The translations under genes were made by a program, and so were the position numbers. The notes below the pieces were generated by a model. It saw only the letters and a list, made by a program, of their open reading frames with translations, was not told where the DNA came from and made no database searches. DNA of 64,000 bases from Trichoplax adhaerens (taxonomy: Eukaryota > Animalia > Placozoa): assembly GCF_000150275.1 (NCBI RefSeq), contig NW_002060952.1:1802606-1866605 (forward strand), given 5' to 3'. Positions within the stretch are counted from its first letter, which is position 1; each line of letters starts with the position of its first letter. Positions 22,621 to 36,618 of this stretch are shown here, piece after piece.

Positions 22621-24443
22621 ACTGTCTAGTTATTCGATAGTTGTCAGCACAGAGTAGTATGATCCTTCAATTGAGTGTTTGGAGTACCGTAGTTACAGTA
22701 GATGATAATGATGCACTTTGAAAATTTTGAAGCCTAATACTAGATTAGTTTCTATGAAATATGATTCAATTTACTTACTGTTAAAATTAAGCATGTTAAA
22801 TGTATTTATTTTCAAGATTTTAATGCGTCAAAAATTGGGAAATTTCCTTAGTATAATATAGCAAAGCTGGTATACGCTACTATTAAAACGTATAGAATCG
22901 TAATACGAAAGAAAAGCGAATGTTATGGCGTTAGCCTTTTTTGCAAAGGAGACAAGCCTGTCGATTAGTACTATAGTAGGCATCTTTAGCTCTCATACGT
23001 TACTTTACATTCAGTATTTTAAAACACTATACGGCTGTTAAAAAATTCTACATGTATTGTAAAATGAAAATGTATGTAATGGGAAGTTGCACGAGGAGAA
23101 CTGTTTTAATTGCGCTGCAAATGTATCGTAAGACATAGAGACGACTGTAATTATAATTTTTGCCTTGATACATAACTACTATAAAAAGGGAAGAAACGGG
23201 ACAGGAAATAGCTGCCATAACAAAAGAGTTGAAAGACTGACGATCATTTATCCAGTCATTCTGCTGTCATAGAAATCGAAGTTGGTCTAAGGCCATAATA
23301 TCTTTCAACTACAAACCTAACGTAGTAGCCATGAGGCTATTACAACCATACTTCATAAAATCTTCCTAGCAGCTAAATGTGCCTGTAGACTTTCCGAGTC
23401 TATGCCAGACACAATGACCACCATTTTGGATGAATGAATAACCTCTTATTGTGATGATACATGCAGCCACTTTATTAATTAGCAAAACTACGACTATTTC
23501 TAGATTAGACTTGTCAACTGACCACGACATCGCATAAGGTCTGTAGTAAATAGTATGTCGGTAATGACAAATGATTACATTAGTTTCTATTTACAGTTCA
23601 CGTTTTACCGGCATTCCGAAGTGGGAAATAAGTGATGATAGCTATGACCGTTTCACCGCCGATGATTTTACCATCAGGGAGATCTATGGATATGTAGTGC
23701 AGCACTCAAAAACAGATCATGTTTTGTAGATTAAATCATCGGTTTCATCAATAGATATCTACTACCACTGGATAGGTTATTTCTTAGATATAGTATCGTA
23801 CTATATTCTAAATTGGACTCCTAGAACTTCCTTTCAATTTAACCATCAAGAAGTACTTTGCCTAGATAAGCATACAGATTGCCTGCCGATATTTGTATAG
23901 AGGAATAATCTGCTCTATTCTAGCAATGATTTGTAGCCAGGGGTTAACAGTCATACTTTATGTATACGTATTATCTCTAGATGTACTAAATATTAACGCC
24001 ATGGTCTACCTCTTTCAACGGGTAAAATTGGCATAGATACATTTCTATAAAATTCAGCTGTTTTCTATGTCTATATCCTACACGGGAATCTTAACAGTAG
24101 TAGGCCAGTAATGTGGTTCATAACGAAATAATAAGCAGGAAAACAATCGAAGTACAGTCATTACGGATACTAGAAGAGTACGGATTCAAATGCTGTATTC
24201 CACTCTACCATATATACAGTATTCCCCTAAGTACTAAGCAAGAATTAAAATCATCGGATGCAACGAGACATACTCAATTTCTATATTTTAAACTAGTTTT
24301 CAAAGATTTATAATATCGTCTTTTAAAAATTTTATATAAAATTATGAAGCCGTAATCAATAGATTTGAAACGTATACTCCAATATTCCGCCTGTTGTTAA
24401 AGGTATATGAGCGTATAAATGAACTATAATTTGTTCTTTAAAT

Positions 24444-24779
24444 GATTTGCCCACCCTAGTGTTGAGATGACATTAATCCAGTACTGTAGTAGCGCTTATT
24501 GTTACAGCCCATACGCTAATAATATGTCGTCAGAAACCAATTTTGAGTAAACGTTCTACTCTTAAATGTTAACTATTATTTGCGTTAACATAAGACTAAT
24601 ATAATGTAATTTAGCTACGATTTGCCTATTGAAAGATTTGCCCACCCTTGTCTTGCAATGACGTTAATACAGTATTGTACTAGCGTTTATTATAATATTA
24701 ATTTATCCAGCCCATATAACATGTCGTCAGAAACCAATTTCGGTCAGGCATCCAGCTTTGAAATCTTAACTATTATTTG
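24444..24779 (+). repeat. Diverged two-copy direct repeat (~140 bp units, ~190-bp period)
   Basis: GATTTGCCCACCCT...ATGTCGTCAGAAACCAATTT...TTAACTATTATTTG occurs at 24444-24582 and 24635-24779. Confidence 0.8.
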
Positions 24780-25721
24780 ATTAGGATACTGTCTATTGTT
24801 TACAAATTGCTAATTACTATCGATCTATGATTGTGCCTTTACTGCTATTGTTCTCTACTAACTTTAGCATGAACCTTATCAAGAAAGGATATAACCTTTC
24901 ACAGTTTTGCAGCTAGGGTAAAGTGCTAGCTACTGCAATGATGTTTTAAACGGTCGTTAAGAGCTATTATTAACGTTACACCTTTCTACAATTTATATTT
25001 ATAGTATACCAGTAACGAACAATAAATTGATAATTTATCCATAGCTAGATCGACCTTTGTATGCTAATTTCAACGCCTTCGTTCTCACTTTGTTCGTGTT
25101 ATCTCTAATTGTTTTAATAACAAAAAGCAGTTTTAGATTGTTTCATGTACAAGCTTGAAGATAGCAAGCATAGATTTACGAAACAATAATTAAAACGTCT
25201 TGAATAAGATAGCATTTAGGGATAATAGGCGTACAAATTGAATCATGTAGACTAAGAGGCTGAATTAACAATCACGGCAACAAGACAATTATAGAATTGT
25301 AGTTCTAAAGAATCGCATAAATTCTGTGTACCAATAACTAATCAATCACCATGACAATTAACGACTTAAAACTATGAGAATGCAAATTAAGTTTGATGAG
25401 TAACCATCAACATTCCGGCGCTAATACAACAAAAGATTACATCCTATTATATATATTATGTTTCGTAATTGAATATATTCCTCGGCCCTTGCCGATTGTC
25501 AGTCATAAATTAATCGTCAATTTTTTCGTCACTTTGTTAAAACAGACATATGTTGCATCTGAGCGAGAAACATTTAATTAACGAAGAAGTTATATTCCAT
25601 TCCAAGTGATCTTAGAAAAGTGCAATTTCTTTTCAATTAAATCACACATTTTTATTGGCCGTGGTCTTAAGTAGCAGCACATATTCGAAAATTACCATTC
25701 TAAATTATTACAGTTACCAGG

Positions 25722-26780
25722 ATGTCCCTAAGAATAGGTTATAGCATTTTTCTTGGCGTTTTTTATATAGTCCTTATGATTATTGCTATTCCCGGCAATA
25801 CTTTAATACTATGGATGACTTTCAGCAATAAACAATTACGTACGCCGACCAATTTACTCGTTAGTAATTTAGCAATTGGCGGTTTAGTTATTGCTATTTT
25901 TGCTATACCTTTTCGAATATGGTCGTCTTTTAATTTTAGTAGCTATCCGTTTTCATTGGCAACTTGTCGTTTTGAAAAAATGATTCCGTTATCAAGTATA
26001 ATGGCCATTACATGCACTCTGTGTATCATTTGCGTGGATCGTTTTATTGCTGTGGTTTATCCCGTTAAGCATCATCTAAAAATGACTGCACTGAAAGCCT
26101 ATATACTCATACCTACGATTTGGATTGTCTCAATAGCCTCATTTATACCATATGCAACCTTTAATATTTTATATAACTATTTTGGCACAATCTTTTGCAT
26201 CCCATATTGGCCTGATAATAGGGCAGTAGACATAGTTCTTAGTCGAAACGCAACTACTGGCGAACCTACCTCATATTTGGAATTTTCAAGGGTAATGTAC
26301 TGGATATTTATTGTCGTCTTTCTTTTTTATATACCAGCTATTATGATGACGCTTTTATATTCTATCACCGTTTTGAAAGTTAGAAGCACTATACAACCTA
26401 GTTATGGAAGCTTCAAAATGGTCAGTTCAGATAGTAATAAAGCCAAAGTCAAACAACGAAAGCGAGTTATTAATATTATGATTGCTTGCTGCTCACTCTT
26501 TGTCTTTACAGGCTTACCTTATTATACTCTGAACATGTTGCTGGATTTACGAGTTATTACTTTACAGTCAGATGTTCGATTTGTTGTTTTCCGAACTTTA
26601 GCAGCGTTCCTTTTTACCAGTATTGCTTATAACGCAATTATTTACGGTTATTTCAATACAACTTATCGAAAATATACTCCTTTATGGCTAAAACATATAG
26701 GAAGCGTTTTGACGTTTAAAAGATCAACAACGATTACAAATTTATCTACAACGACGCAGCAGGAACAAATTCATTCATAG
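25722..26780 (+). CDS. Class A (rhodopsin-like) GPCR, peptide-receptor-like, cluster gene 1
   Basis: 352-aa intronless ORF with 7 hydrophobic segments, GN in TM1, LRTPTNLLVSNLA, CVDRF, Cys in TM3 and ECL2, LPYY, and YNAIIYGYFN. Confidence 0.93.
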   Translation: MSLRIGYSIFLGVFYIVLMIIAIPGNTLILWMTFSNKQLRTPTNLLVSNLAIGGLVIAIFAIPFRIWSSFNFSSYPFSLATCRFEKMIPLSSIMAITCTLCIICVDRFIAVVYPVKHHLKMTALKAYILIPTIWIVSIASFIPYATFNILYNYFGTIFCIPYWPDNRAVDIVLSRNATTGEPTSYLEFSRVMYWIFIVVFLFYIPAIMMTLLYSITVLKVRSTIQPSYGSFKMVSSDSNKAKVKQRKRVINIMIACCSLFVFTGLPYYTLNMLLDLRVITLQSDVRFVVFRTLAAFLFTSIAYNAIIYGYFNTTYRKYTPLWLKHIGSVLTFKRSTTITNLSTTTQQEQIHS

Positions 26781-29570
26781 TATATTATAAGGAGAATAAT
26801 TACCTTATTAAAGCGTTCTGCTGTGAAAGTTTAGAGCTAAGCACATCATTAACAACATGGCTTAGTCACAGAAAGTTTTCAAACTATCGTTCTAGTGATA
26901 TCTCCGACAAGCCTATTTAAAGGAATAGTCAATGACGTCTGCAAATTATGACGATGATCTACAAGGTTGGCAATCTGTCATTGGTCATAATTGTAGTAAA
27001 TCTGAATATTTGTGAAGTAAAAAGCTAGATTATCACTAGTAATTAATTAATAACCGCAATATTTTCATTATAAAGATTAACAGAAACTTTTTTAAATCTT
27101 TAACTACTACCTTCTGTGCAAGTAAACAAATTAAGAAGTACTATTTTTTGTTAGGAGTTATATAATTAAATGTTTATCAGTTCGTGTGTTAAATTTGACT
27201 ACACAAGAAGGATAAATGTAAATCAGTTTAAGACAGTTTTTTACTCTAGCTACAAAATAACATATAAACGTATCAATATTACTAGTTTTTTGTAACGAAA
27301 TATAAATAGTTGTTAGAAATATTTTTTTAACTAGGCAATCCGGCACAAGTACGTTTACTTTGCCTCATTTAATAGCTACTCAGCACAGTAATCTAGTGTT
27401 GTAAAAAATACACAGTGTAAACATAATTTATCTTTGCAATTTCATAGAATAAACTGTCCATTGAAACAGTCATTTATAAGCCGAATTCTAGGCCACTAAC
27501 TTATATAGTGTACGTATATGTCTGCTTTAGGCATGGCTTTTATCTTTAACATCATACGATGTTATCATCTAACTACTTAAACGATAATAAAGACAAAAAA
27601 CTAAACCATAAATAATCTACTCATTGCTTGATTAGCTGGCTCTCAAATCAGAAAACCTCTCTTTAAAGCGTAGAAAATTAGTTAAAAATGCATTTGGTCA
27701 GTGCTCAATCAAAAATAAGCCTGATTACTAGCTTAATGTTCTTACTGAATCATATTTAATTACGCATTTCATTTACTGGTTACTACTGCGTTTAGGTAGT
27801 TACTTGCAGTAATAATGATGCTAATAAGACAGTTGTTCATTTTAAATTTCCCTTTCATATATGGGAAAGGGCATGATCTGCGCAGATACAACATATAAGC
27901 CTGTTTTAGGCAATGGCGATTGTGCAATTTATATTAGTACAGTGCAAATAACATTTTGATGTACATAATGTGTTACTATCGTCTCGAATTAAGAGAGAAT
28001 TTTAGCTTACTGTTTTGCAAATTTGCTATATTCAACTGCAAATTATATCGAGCGGTCATTCCAGGAACATTCGTACTCAGAACAGGTCAATAGTTTAAGA
28101 AATAGATCCAATCTGCTATAGATCTTCATTAGTATATTACTTGAATTGATACTATCCACCTCCTATATCAAATAAAGGTTCAAGATAACTACATTAATAC
28201 ATAATTAATTTAATAATTATATGTTAGACCATAATTGAGTAATCTATTGAAAATATTGTATATATGCAGTAGCTCGAAAGATAAGTACACTCTTAAATGA
28301 TTTCATCAACCAATCACATAACATACTAAAGCAAAATATGTATGAATTAAACCTGCCAAAATTAGTAGAAAAACTAGTTTCGAAACTAAAATATGCCCTC
28401 GATCTAGTTTCCGATACTTTGGAATATGAGAAACCAGCACTTGCTGTAACGTATTTGCTAGGACCACATATAGAGAAGAATCTATAAAAATTTACGAGGA
28501 AAATTCAGATACAACTAGCTTATATATATTGCTGATATACATAGTTAACAAAGCGTAAATAATTACTTTATTATAACATATAATGGTTTACGGCAGGAAG
28601 TAATTCCATTGTTGGATCCTTTATAATATCTGCAGTCAAAAGAGTAACTTGATACCATATAAAGTGAAATCCTATTCTCTTACTCCCTTCAGATACAGTA
28701 ATATTCTGTAGGCGATATTCTTTTACAAGTTCAGATGAGCTTGCTCTTTATACCATATATGTAAGTCCCGTTTAAAATATACTCTAGCATGTTTACAAAG
28801 AATCTACAGTGTCAATGTGTGGGATATTCTTTGACATAGCTCTTTTAGGATTTAAATATTTCTACCATTGACTGTATTGAGTCAAATAATAGAAAATTAC
28901 AATCTCTATATAGGTATACTATACGGTACCTATTAGAATTCAGCATGCACATAATCTTTTAACTAAAGAGCATATTTCTACAATTTGCTCTAAATAGCAA
29001 TAATAGACAAGATAATGACATTCACTACGAGATACCGTCTTACTACTAAGTAAATTGCTATCTAAAATGTTTAAAATAAAGATTCTACGTCTATATCAAA
29101 GTACAGTAGATACAATGGCAAGATTCATATTTCAAAGAAGTTAAACATATTTAATCTCTTTAAGGGAAACATACTTGGAAAGTAGGTACGCAATAGGGAA
29201 TCGTCAAAGTAATAAAATAAAAACTATAATTTCTTATTAACTTCTTTTTATTACATAAGTTCTTCTGAGAGCAACCATGGATCATCTAGCTACAATAACG
29301 CGATCTAGATTATTACAGTAACATTCACAATCTATATTAAATTAATGCAGAACGATTTTTCCTCTATACAATCATATCTTGTCAGTTAAGTCTCATGATT
29401 AGATCTAATCTACCATCGTGCCATCAATTCATAATTCAATCTTCTAAGTAATATATCACAATGCAAATTTTACAATTCTTACATGTTCAGCGCTATCTAT
29501 TTATGTCTTACAATTTCAATATAAATATCTCAATGGAATTGCTAGTACATTACAGTACAGTACAGTACTG

Positions 29571-29645
29571 TACACAGTACACGATATAAAGTTACTGAAC
29601 CTCTGACAGGTCTACACGGTACGGTATAAAGTTACTGAACCTCTG
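29571..29645 (+). repeat. Short tandem duplication (~40-bp period)
   Basis: TATAAAGTTACTGAACCTCTG occurs twice, each time preceded by TACACRGTAC, next to a TACAG run. Confidence 0.8.
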
Positions 29646-32080
29646 TTAAATGAGCACATTATCGTAAACCGTCAGTAAAGCGACGGGAGTTTGCACTAGT
29701 AAATCTTAATCTTAGCAAAATCTGGGACTACACCACAAGATGCTGCAAATTTCAATCATAAGAATTGTGTATTGAACAGCGTACTTGATAATAATTTCTT
29801 ATGTTGCAAGTTTAACAATCGCTAATGTCATAATGCCTGTAGATTGCAATTTGACTGTAACTTTTAAAAATATTCCGTCCTTCGACAGCTGTTCATAGTA
29901 CTATACAAGATGATATCCAGGTTGAGTTGGTTACGGATCAATGGTAGCATGCTCGTAGCTAGGAGTGCTGAGTGTTAGCTTGAATACAAAGACTGCTACC
30001 GATGATTTGTTAAAATTATAACACATTGCACCTTGAACTTGCAAAGACTGTAAACTTCTGAATATATCTTAACCAAGGTTGTCTTATCCTAAATAATTAA
30101 TAATCTTTGACTTTATTAATCTATTTGTGCTATCCACACTATCAATAGATACTGCAGATTGGTATTCCTTTTAGTGAAAATTACTTCCAAATACGAGAAT
30201 GTAAATCATTGCGTTATATAAAGCCTAAATTAACATTTCATATAAATTGCTATAATAGAGGATGAAATATTTTAAACTGATTGGAAACGCCTACGATCAT
30301 TGGTGCTGAGATTAATCATACGATATATAATTTAATCAACTTACTTAACTAGCTCGAGCATCAGTTATTCAATTAATTATGCTTTACTTAGCTAAGCTAT
30401 AGAAGAGTATGAGTTCTTTCTGAATAAAACAAATTTTAATAAATAGATCGTATAGTAATTAGAAATTCAACTTGATTCATGATGATAATAGGAAATAATT
30501 ATGCAATGTGTACTAAAAAGTCAATGATATAAAGAATATAGATTAGTAGTAATCAGTCTATTTATTAGTTACGATGTTTACTTCTTCAGTGAGAACGTTC
30601 TCAGAATTGGAGATTAATAAACAGCTAGAGGAAAAATAAATCGTTTTAATTAATCAATATTTTCCGAAGTGGCCCTTGTACTTTACAGGATAAATTTCGG
30701 TGGTATTTTCGTGGACTTTGTATGAAAATACAAAAACAGCAAACATGCCTCTCGTATCGTCCATGTCACAAGCTCAATCGAGAAAGAAAGATATTTCTTT
30801 ATTATGAGAAAGTATCCTCACTGGAGTTAAAGTAAGATGAAGTATGCTAACATATCTCTTACTTTGATAGAAATAAAGTTAACGCTGCTGCTGTAAAATT
30901 GATATGCGATGAATAAGAAATGAGAAATTATAATACCTAATAAAAAGAAGTTGATAGCTCCTTCAAATCAATCGATATTAGCTTTCGTTGGAGGCCTAAA
31001 ATATTCATCTCAATGATAGCTAAATCATTGGTAATTATTCATAAAATAACCCTAAGAAGAGTCTCGTGTAAGTAAATAACCTTTGGAGAAAGGGTAGACG
31101 ATGTCAGGAATATTAATAAAATTGAACAATAAATCGATACGATGTTTGATTTTCTTTACTATTTTATTGTTTCGATATAGTCTCGGTAAGGAACGAATTG
31201 ACAGCCGGTAGACTATTATAGCCAGAGTGAAGAATAATAAAGTTGATGGAATGATATTAAAGAAGTTGACTACCCGAAAATATTGAAAAGTTTGTGAGAT
31301 AATATAAACCTTTACTCATCATAACCTTTTATCATAAAATATTGAGATATAAAAGCGTGACCCATAAAGCTAATATCATTCCATTCAATTTTACAGCATA
31401 ATAAGTGTCATCAATTCAAGTAAAATTAGTGATATCATGGGGTACCAAGATAATTGTAAGATTGAGTAAATACGAATGGCAATGGATATAATAGTAATGA
31501 TTATGCTAAATAGGGAGGCCAGTGTACAGAATTATATTTACCCGTGACTATATTATATGGCATTGCATACTGATAGGATAGAACCACTAACTGTTCAAAC
31601 ATCCATACATAATAATTAATATAATATTTGACATCAATTATATCGAAAAAAAATTTATTCAAGGCAAGGCATGTTAAAAGATGAAAATTCCAGTAAATAG
31701 TGTAAAGTCAACTGGGTAGATTGCATGCTTTGTTATTTTAACATGAAAGGCCTGACAGCTATTTACCAAAATAATCTAGATGCTAGAATTTAAGTAAATT
31801 TTTCGTTCTATTTTTAAGTAGTTTCTCGTAGATTTACCTTCAGAAGATTCTGAAACTGTTTTGAATAATATTAGAGAGCCTTAAAATAATATTTAGCTGA
31901 TATTTCAATCGTAAATACCATTGATTACAGTAGCATTGTCCGTTTTAAAGCCTATTTCGACAATTTTAGTACTCTTTTTTGTTACTTTCCGGCGATTTTT
32001 TTTTGCACATCTTATTAACTTCATCAGATGGTCACTCTGAGTTCTTTATTTGTTCAAGTCGGTCTACAAAATTTTTGAAA

Positions 32081-33229
32081 ATGTCTTCTCTAGGAGCCAT
32101 TAGAATATTTCTAAGTGTTGTTTATATTGGCTTAATGGTCGTCTCCATTCCTGGCAATTCATTGATTTTATGGATTACAAGCCATCACCGACATCTCCAG
32201 GCATCGACTAACTTGCTAGTTTGCAATTTAGCCTTGGCTAGCATCTTGGTTGGGATCTTACGCTTACCGTTTATTATATTTGAGCTATTAAATTCTGATA
32301 TTAGTTATCCATTTACTCAATCTATGTGTCAATTTCAAGCGCTTATATCTACAGCAAGTATCATGTGTATATCTATTACCTTAACAACGATATGTATTGA
32401 TCGCTACATTGTTATCGTTCATCCTCTAAAATTCGGATGGAAATTAAGTAAAAAGAAAACTTATATCGCTATTGCGATGAGTTGGATTATTTCCCTGATC
32501 TTTTTTGCACCATATACAAGCTTTAATATTCTTTATCAGCCCAATATCACGATATATTGCTTACCATTTTGGCCTGAAACACCATACGATATCAATTTTA
32601 CCCGCATTTTAAGCAACGGTCATGAAAATTTTATAAGGCTTGAGTTATCGAAATTTTTTGTATGGCTTCTGTTTAATTTATTGGTTTTTCTTGTCCCCTC
32701 AATAATTATGTTAACATTATATTTAAAAACCATACTTAAATTATGGTATAATACAAGTCCAAGTGATTTAAGACATAGTGATAGACGTTATCTTGATGAA
32801 ATACATCGCCTTAAACAAAAACAGCATGCAGTAAAAATAGTTATTACGTGCTGTGTTGCATTCATCATCTTGAATTCCCCATATTATATTGTTACTATGC
32901 TTCTTGATTTTCAACTTTTATATATATCTAGAGTGTCACAAAGCATCCTGTTCGATGTTTTAAAAACTATAAACTATTTATCTATAGCTTACAATCCTAT
33001 CATTTATGGCTACTTTAATCCTAGCTTTCGTAAGCATGCACCAAAATGGCTCTCTTGCATCAGGATTAAACAACGCTTTCAAATTCTACGTCGAAACCAA
33101 GAAGTAACATTTCATAGCACATTAAAAACTGAGCAAGCTAAGTTAGGTTTAATTGATATTTCCAATACGAAATCTGAACATGATACTAGTAAACCATGCC
33201 TATATCATTTAAATGATACAATCCAGTGA
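32081..33229 (+). CDS. Class A GPCR, cluster gene 2
   Basis: The ORF track starts at TTG 31979. The first ATG at 32081 (MSSLGAIR) matches paralog N-termini. Motifs: IPGN, CIDRY, YCLPFWP, SPYY, YNPIIYGYFNPSFR. Confidence 0.93.
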   Translation: MSSLGAIRIFLSVVYIGLMVVSIPGNSLILWITSHHRHLQASTNLLVCNLALASILVGILRLPFIIFELLNSDISYPFTQSMCQFQALISTASIMCISITLTTICIDRYIVIVHPLKFGWKLSKKKTYIAIAMSWIISLIFFAPYTSFNILYQPNITIYCLPFWPETPYDINFTRILSNGHENFIRLELSKFFVWLLFNLLVFLVPSIIMLTLYLKTILKLWYNTSPSDLRHSDRRYLDEIHRLKQKQHAVKIVITCCVAFIILNSPYYIVTMLLDFQLLYISRVSQSILFDVLKTINYLSIAYNPIIYGYFNPSFRKHAPKWLSCIRIKQRFQILRRNQEVTFHSTLKTEQAKLGLIDISNTKSEHDTSKPCLYHLNDTIQ

Positions 33230-35981
33230 GCAACATATCTTATCATTTTTTTCTTTACTTCATCTAATTGTACACTATATTAGCAATAAATCTCAGTATC
33301 ATATCAAATCTAAATATCCTACCATACTGAATGTAATCGATCTATCAGAGATTATTGTTTTTGTATTATCTTGATAGTCAGATAAAAGCGAGTTTACGCT
33401 ATTGTAACACAATTTTTGGATCATCACAAAGTCAGCTATGGTATTAAATGCTATGATCATTCAAAATCTTAGCAAATTGTTATCATTGTTTACCTATCGC
33501 TCAGTGTTTTTAAGAAAAGTAACAACTATTTTATAATATTTGCTTGCGGATCAGCTATTTAATCTAGCCAAATTTGTTATAAGCATCCCCACATTATTAC
33601 TTATCAATTCTCTAATACGGTTACTATTCCAAGTTTTAAATGTTGAAAGTGCAATTTATACCTGTATATCTTCTCTTACGTAGACATACCATTAAATCTA
33701 AATTGATGGCCTAGTAAAATATCTATCGATATCAGCAATAAAATTTAATCTGAAATCGATCTTCAAGTTTACTTTAATCATTCGATTCATGCAAAACAGA
33801 TCTAACGCTGTATCATCTTACTGGCTGAAACATTTTTAGCTAGTCATGGTAAGAAACTTTGAAAATATTACAGGAAGTAACTTTAAATATAAACTTTGCT
33901 CATAAATAACAGAATGTTGATTTTAACTTCATCAATTCTGTAGCTGCTTTGCAATTAGAGGCAATTGATCTGTTGTAAATGTGCTAATGTTATGAACATT
34001 TATAGAAGAATGTTTTCGATCTACCTGAAAGCAATAGGGACAAGCACGCATATAGATATTGCAATATTAAACGATGTTGAAAGCAATAGTAATATTGGGG
34101 TACAGATGTGCTACAGCTATCACTTGTATTGGGTAATCCTTTCGCCATCGTAACCAGTGCTTATGTACAGAGTGTAATGATAATACCTTTAAACTCTATA
34201 ACTGCTTTATTGATACAGTTATTTGTAACTAGAAAACGATGCCAAAGGTACTCCCAAAATTTTATACCATCTTATCGCCCACAACATCTATTCTGATTGA
34301 ATTTTAATAGAAGAGGCATAAAACTCACTCTAAATATAGTATGTCTTAATATATAACTGCTTACCGACGTCAAAACAATGCCAAATATTTGAATTCTGAC
34401 ATCTATACAACGTACAAATTCGTTGTTTCTTTATCACTTTTAATCTCCATTAAATTTTAAAGGCCATCTAAATTGTTATTAATTATTTATGATAATTTCA
34501 TAGTGTATAATATCCAGAGTAAAATTAATTGAGGATGAGTGAAGCAGGATGTTACGATCAGATATCACACAGTTTATTATAGATCGACGTGAAATTGTTC
34601 TAGAAGTAAGGTAAATTTTAGCTTGGTTAGGAATAAGCTATTAATAAAATAATATCTTTGTATATCTTATTCCTAAAATATAGAAGTAACATGGCTAATT
34701 GAACATAAAACCACTGGCAGAAAATTTAGTTTTAGGTATTAAATGCGACATAGTTAAATACTCAATCATATCGACTGATCCTACATGATATCGATAGTGA
34801 TAAATGTTATTGTGAAATTATTTTATAAAAGATGCGATTGTCTAACATCAGTATATTTTCCTAAGTAAGGAGTCTAGACTTAATTATTATTTGATGAATA
34901 ATATTATTATGCATGTGCATCCCAAACTAGAATCGATCTTCTGGTAAATTGAATATGATAAAACAAAACGCGGACATTTTACCTTAGCCAACAGTTTTGC
35001 TATCTTTCTCAATTCCAGAGAATTGAAATTTTGAACTTGACTGAATAAACTATTTATGTTTTATGACTATTGACTACCGCAGCAATCATGAGCTATAGGC
35101 ATAACGTAAATACCAGTGTCTGTAATTATAAGAATCTTATTAAAGTTAATTCAAGGATGCTATAATACATAGAAATAAGACTAATCGGTGAACCAGACAT
35201 TGCAAAAACCAACGCTATTTTGACAATTACTACTTCTGGCATAATTTCCAGTAATAGAAATACGTGTAATGATTCATTCCGAAAATACAATTGTTCTTTG
35301 CTTACTAACCTCATCTACGATAGCATTTCCGCCCCTTCGGTTATTAAAAATTAAAATAGTATCTACTGCGTAATATTATCGTAAAGTAATGATATATTAT
35401 GTCTACGATCATACGAATAATACTGCTTTATTCTAATAATACGGTATTGTAAAAGACCGTATTTATGCCGTTATGGCATATAGTTTTTTGTATTACTATC
35501 ATATGTAATATTTCGGATATAATCGACATTATTGTCTGTTTTGTTATGTAATGATAACTCGCTCTATATAGATACAAAGCAATAAAATCCGACATTATAT
35601 CTGATAAATATTTATATTAAAATAATGACGATAGTATCACCGTAATCAATATCGTTCATGATTGTTTCTTATAGATTATTCTTTAAAGATAGTCCTGTTA
35701 CCATTTAACTGATTTCGCGTGAACATTGTTGTTAATTGCTAGAGCCTTTCTTAATAAGTCTGTATAATTGATTATTTCTCGCGTATCGGATTACTGCCAT
35801 AGAGCTATCGATTAAAATTTCATATCTGAATACGCCAGATTTATATTGTTGAATTGCACATACTTTATTCTTGTAACCCCACCTTCACAATTACGATTAG
35901 TATTATGAAGCAAGTAACTGTCAATTTTGGATTTACCAGTATTTGATATTATGTATATGAACGTAACCGTATGCGAAGTCG

Positions 35982-36048
35982 GTCATTTTGCAAACTGCCC
36001 GGGCACTTTGCAAAATGACAATACGGACGGACATTTTGCAAACTGCCC
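35982..36048. repeat. 38-bp near-perfect palindrome plus a third copy of its arm
   Basis: GTCATTTTGCAAA-C-TGCCCGGGCA-C-TTTGCAAAATGAC (35982-36019, one C/C mismatch), followed by CATTTTGCAAACTGCCC at 36032-36048. Confidence 0.9.
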
Positions 36049-36618
36049 AAAGCTAGAATTAATTGGTTCGGTAGATGATGTTGTTAATAGAGATTATTTG
36101 AAAATGACGGAAATAAACAAAGTCGTTGGATGAATGATTTGTAGTAATTTAAAAATGAAATTGAGCACGATAACATCAGCGTCAATCCGTTCACTTCCTA
36201 AAGACTGTAATAGGGCATTTGTTACATTCGTTTACATAACTACAATCCCAAGATAAATTTGGGCTAGTTACCTTACAATTGTTGATCATATTGGTGCCGA
36301 GACGACTGACAGAAAATTTTACGTCAATATACTTGATAAATCATCGAACTCCAAACAGAATTATCTCTACCTTCATTACTATTATATATTCAAGAGGAGG
36401 ATTGTTATCTAAATGAATTCAAAACAGTTAGCTAGCACGTATAAATAGGGTTAAATTTACATTTACTATGTAGAGCTAGAATTGACCTGTAAATTCGATA
36501 GCAGACTCATTAATTACCAGCTTTAAAAGAATTTACATCGTCATGAAATACCACGAGAACCTAATACTACCAGCAAATCGTATGATATTCTATATCGTAT
36601 GAACTTTTTAAATGCCCA

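Noticed and set aside
35927-36133. 68-aa ORF with repeated GHFANCP peptide
   Set aside because: The peptide repeat is a by-product of the DNA palindrome/direct repeat, and the ORF has a TTG start.
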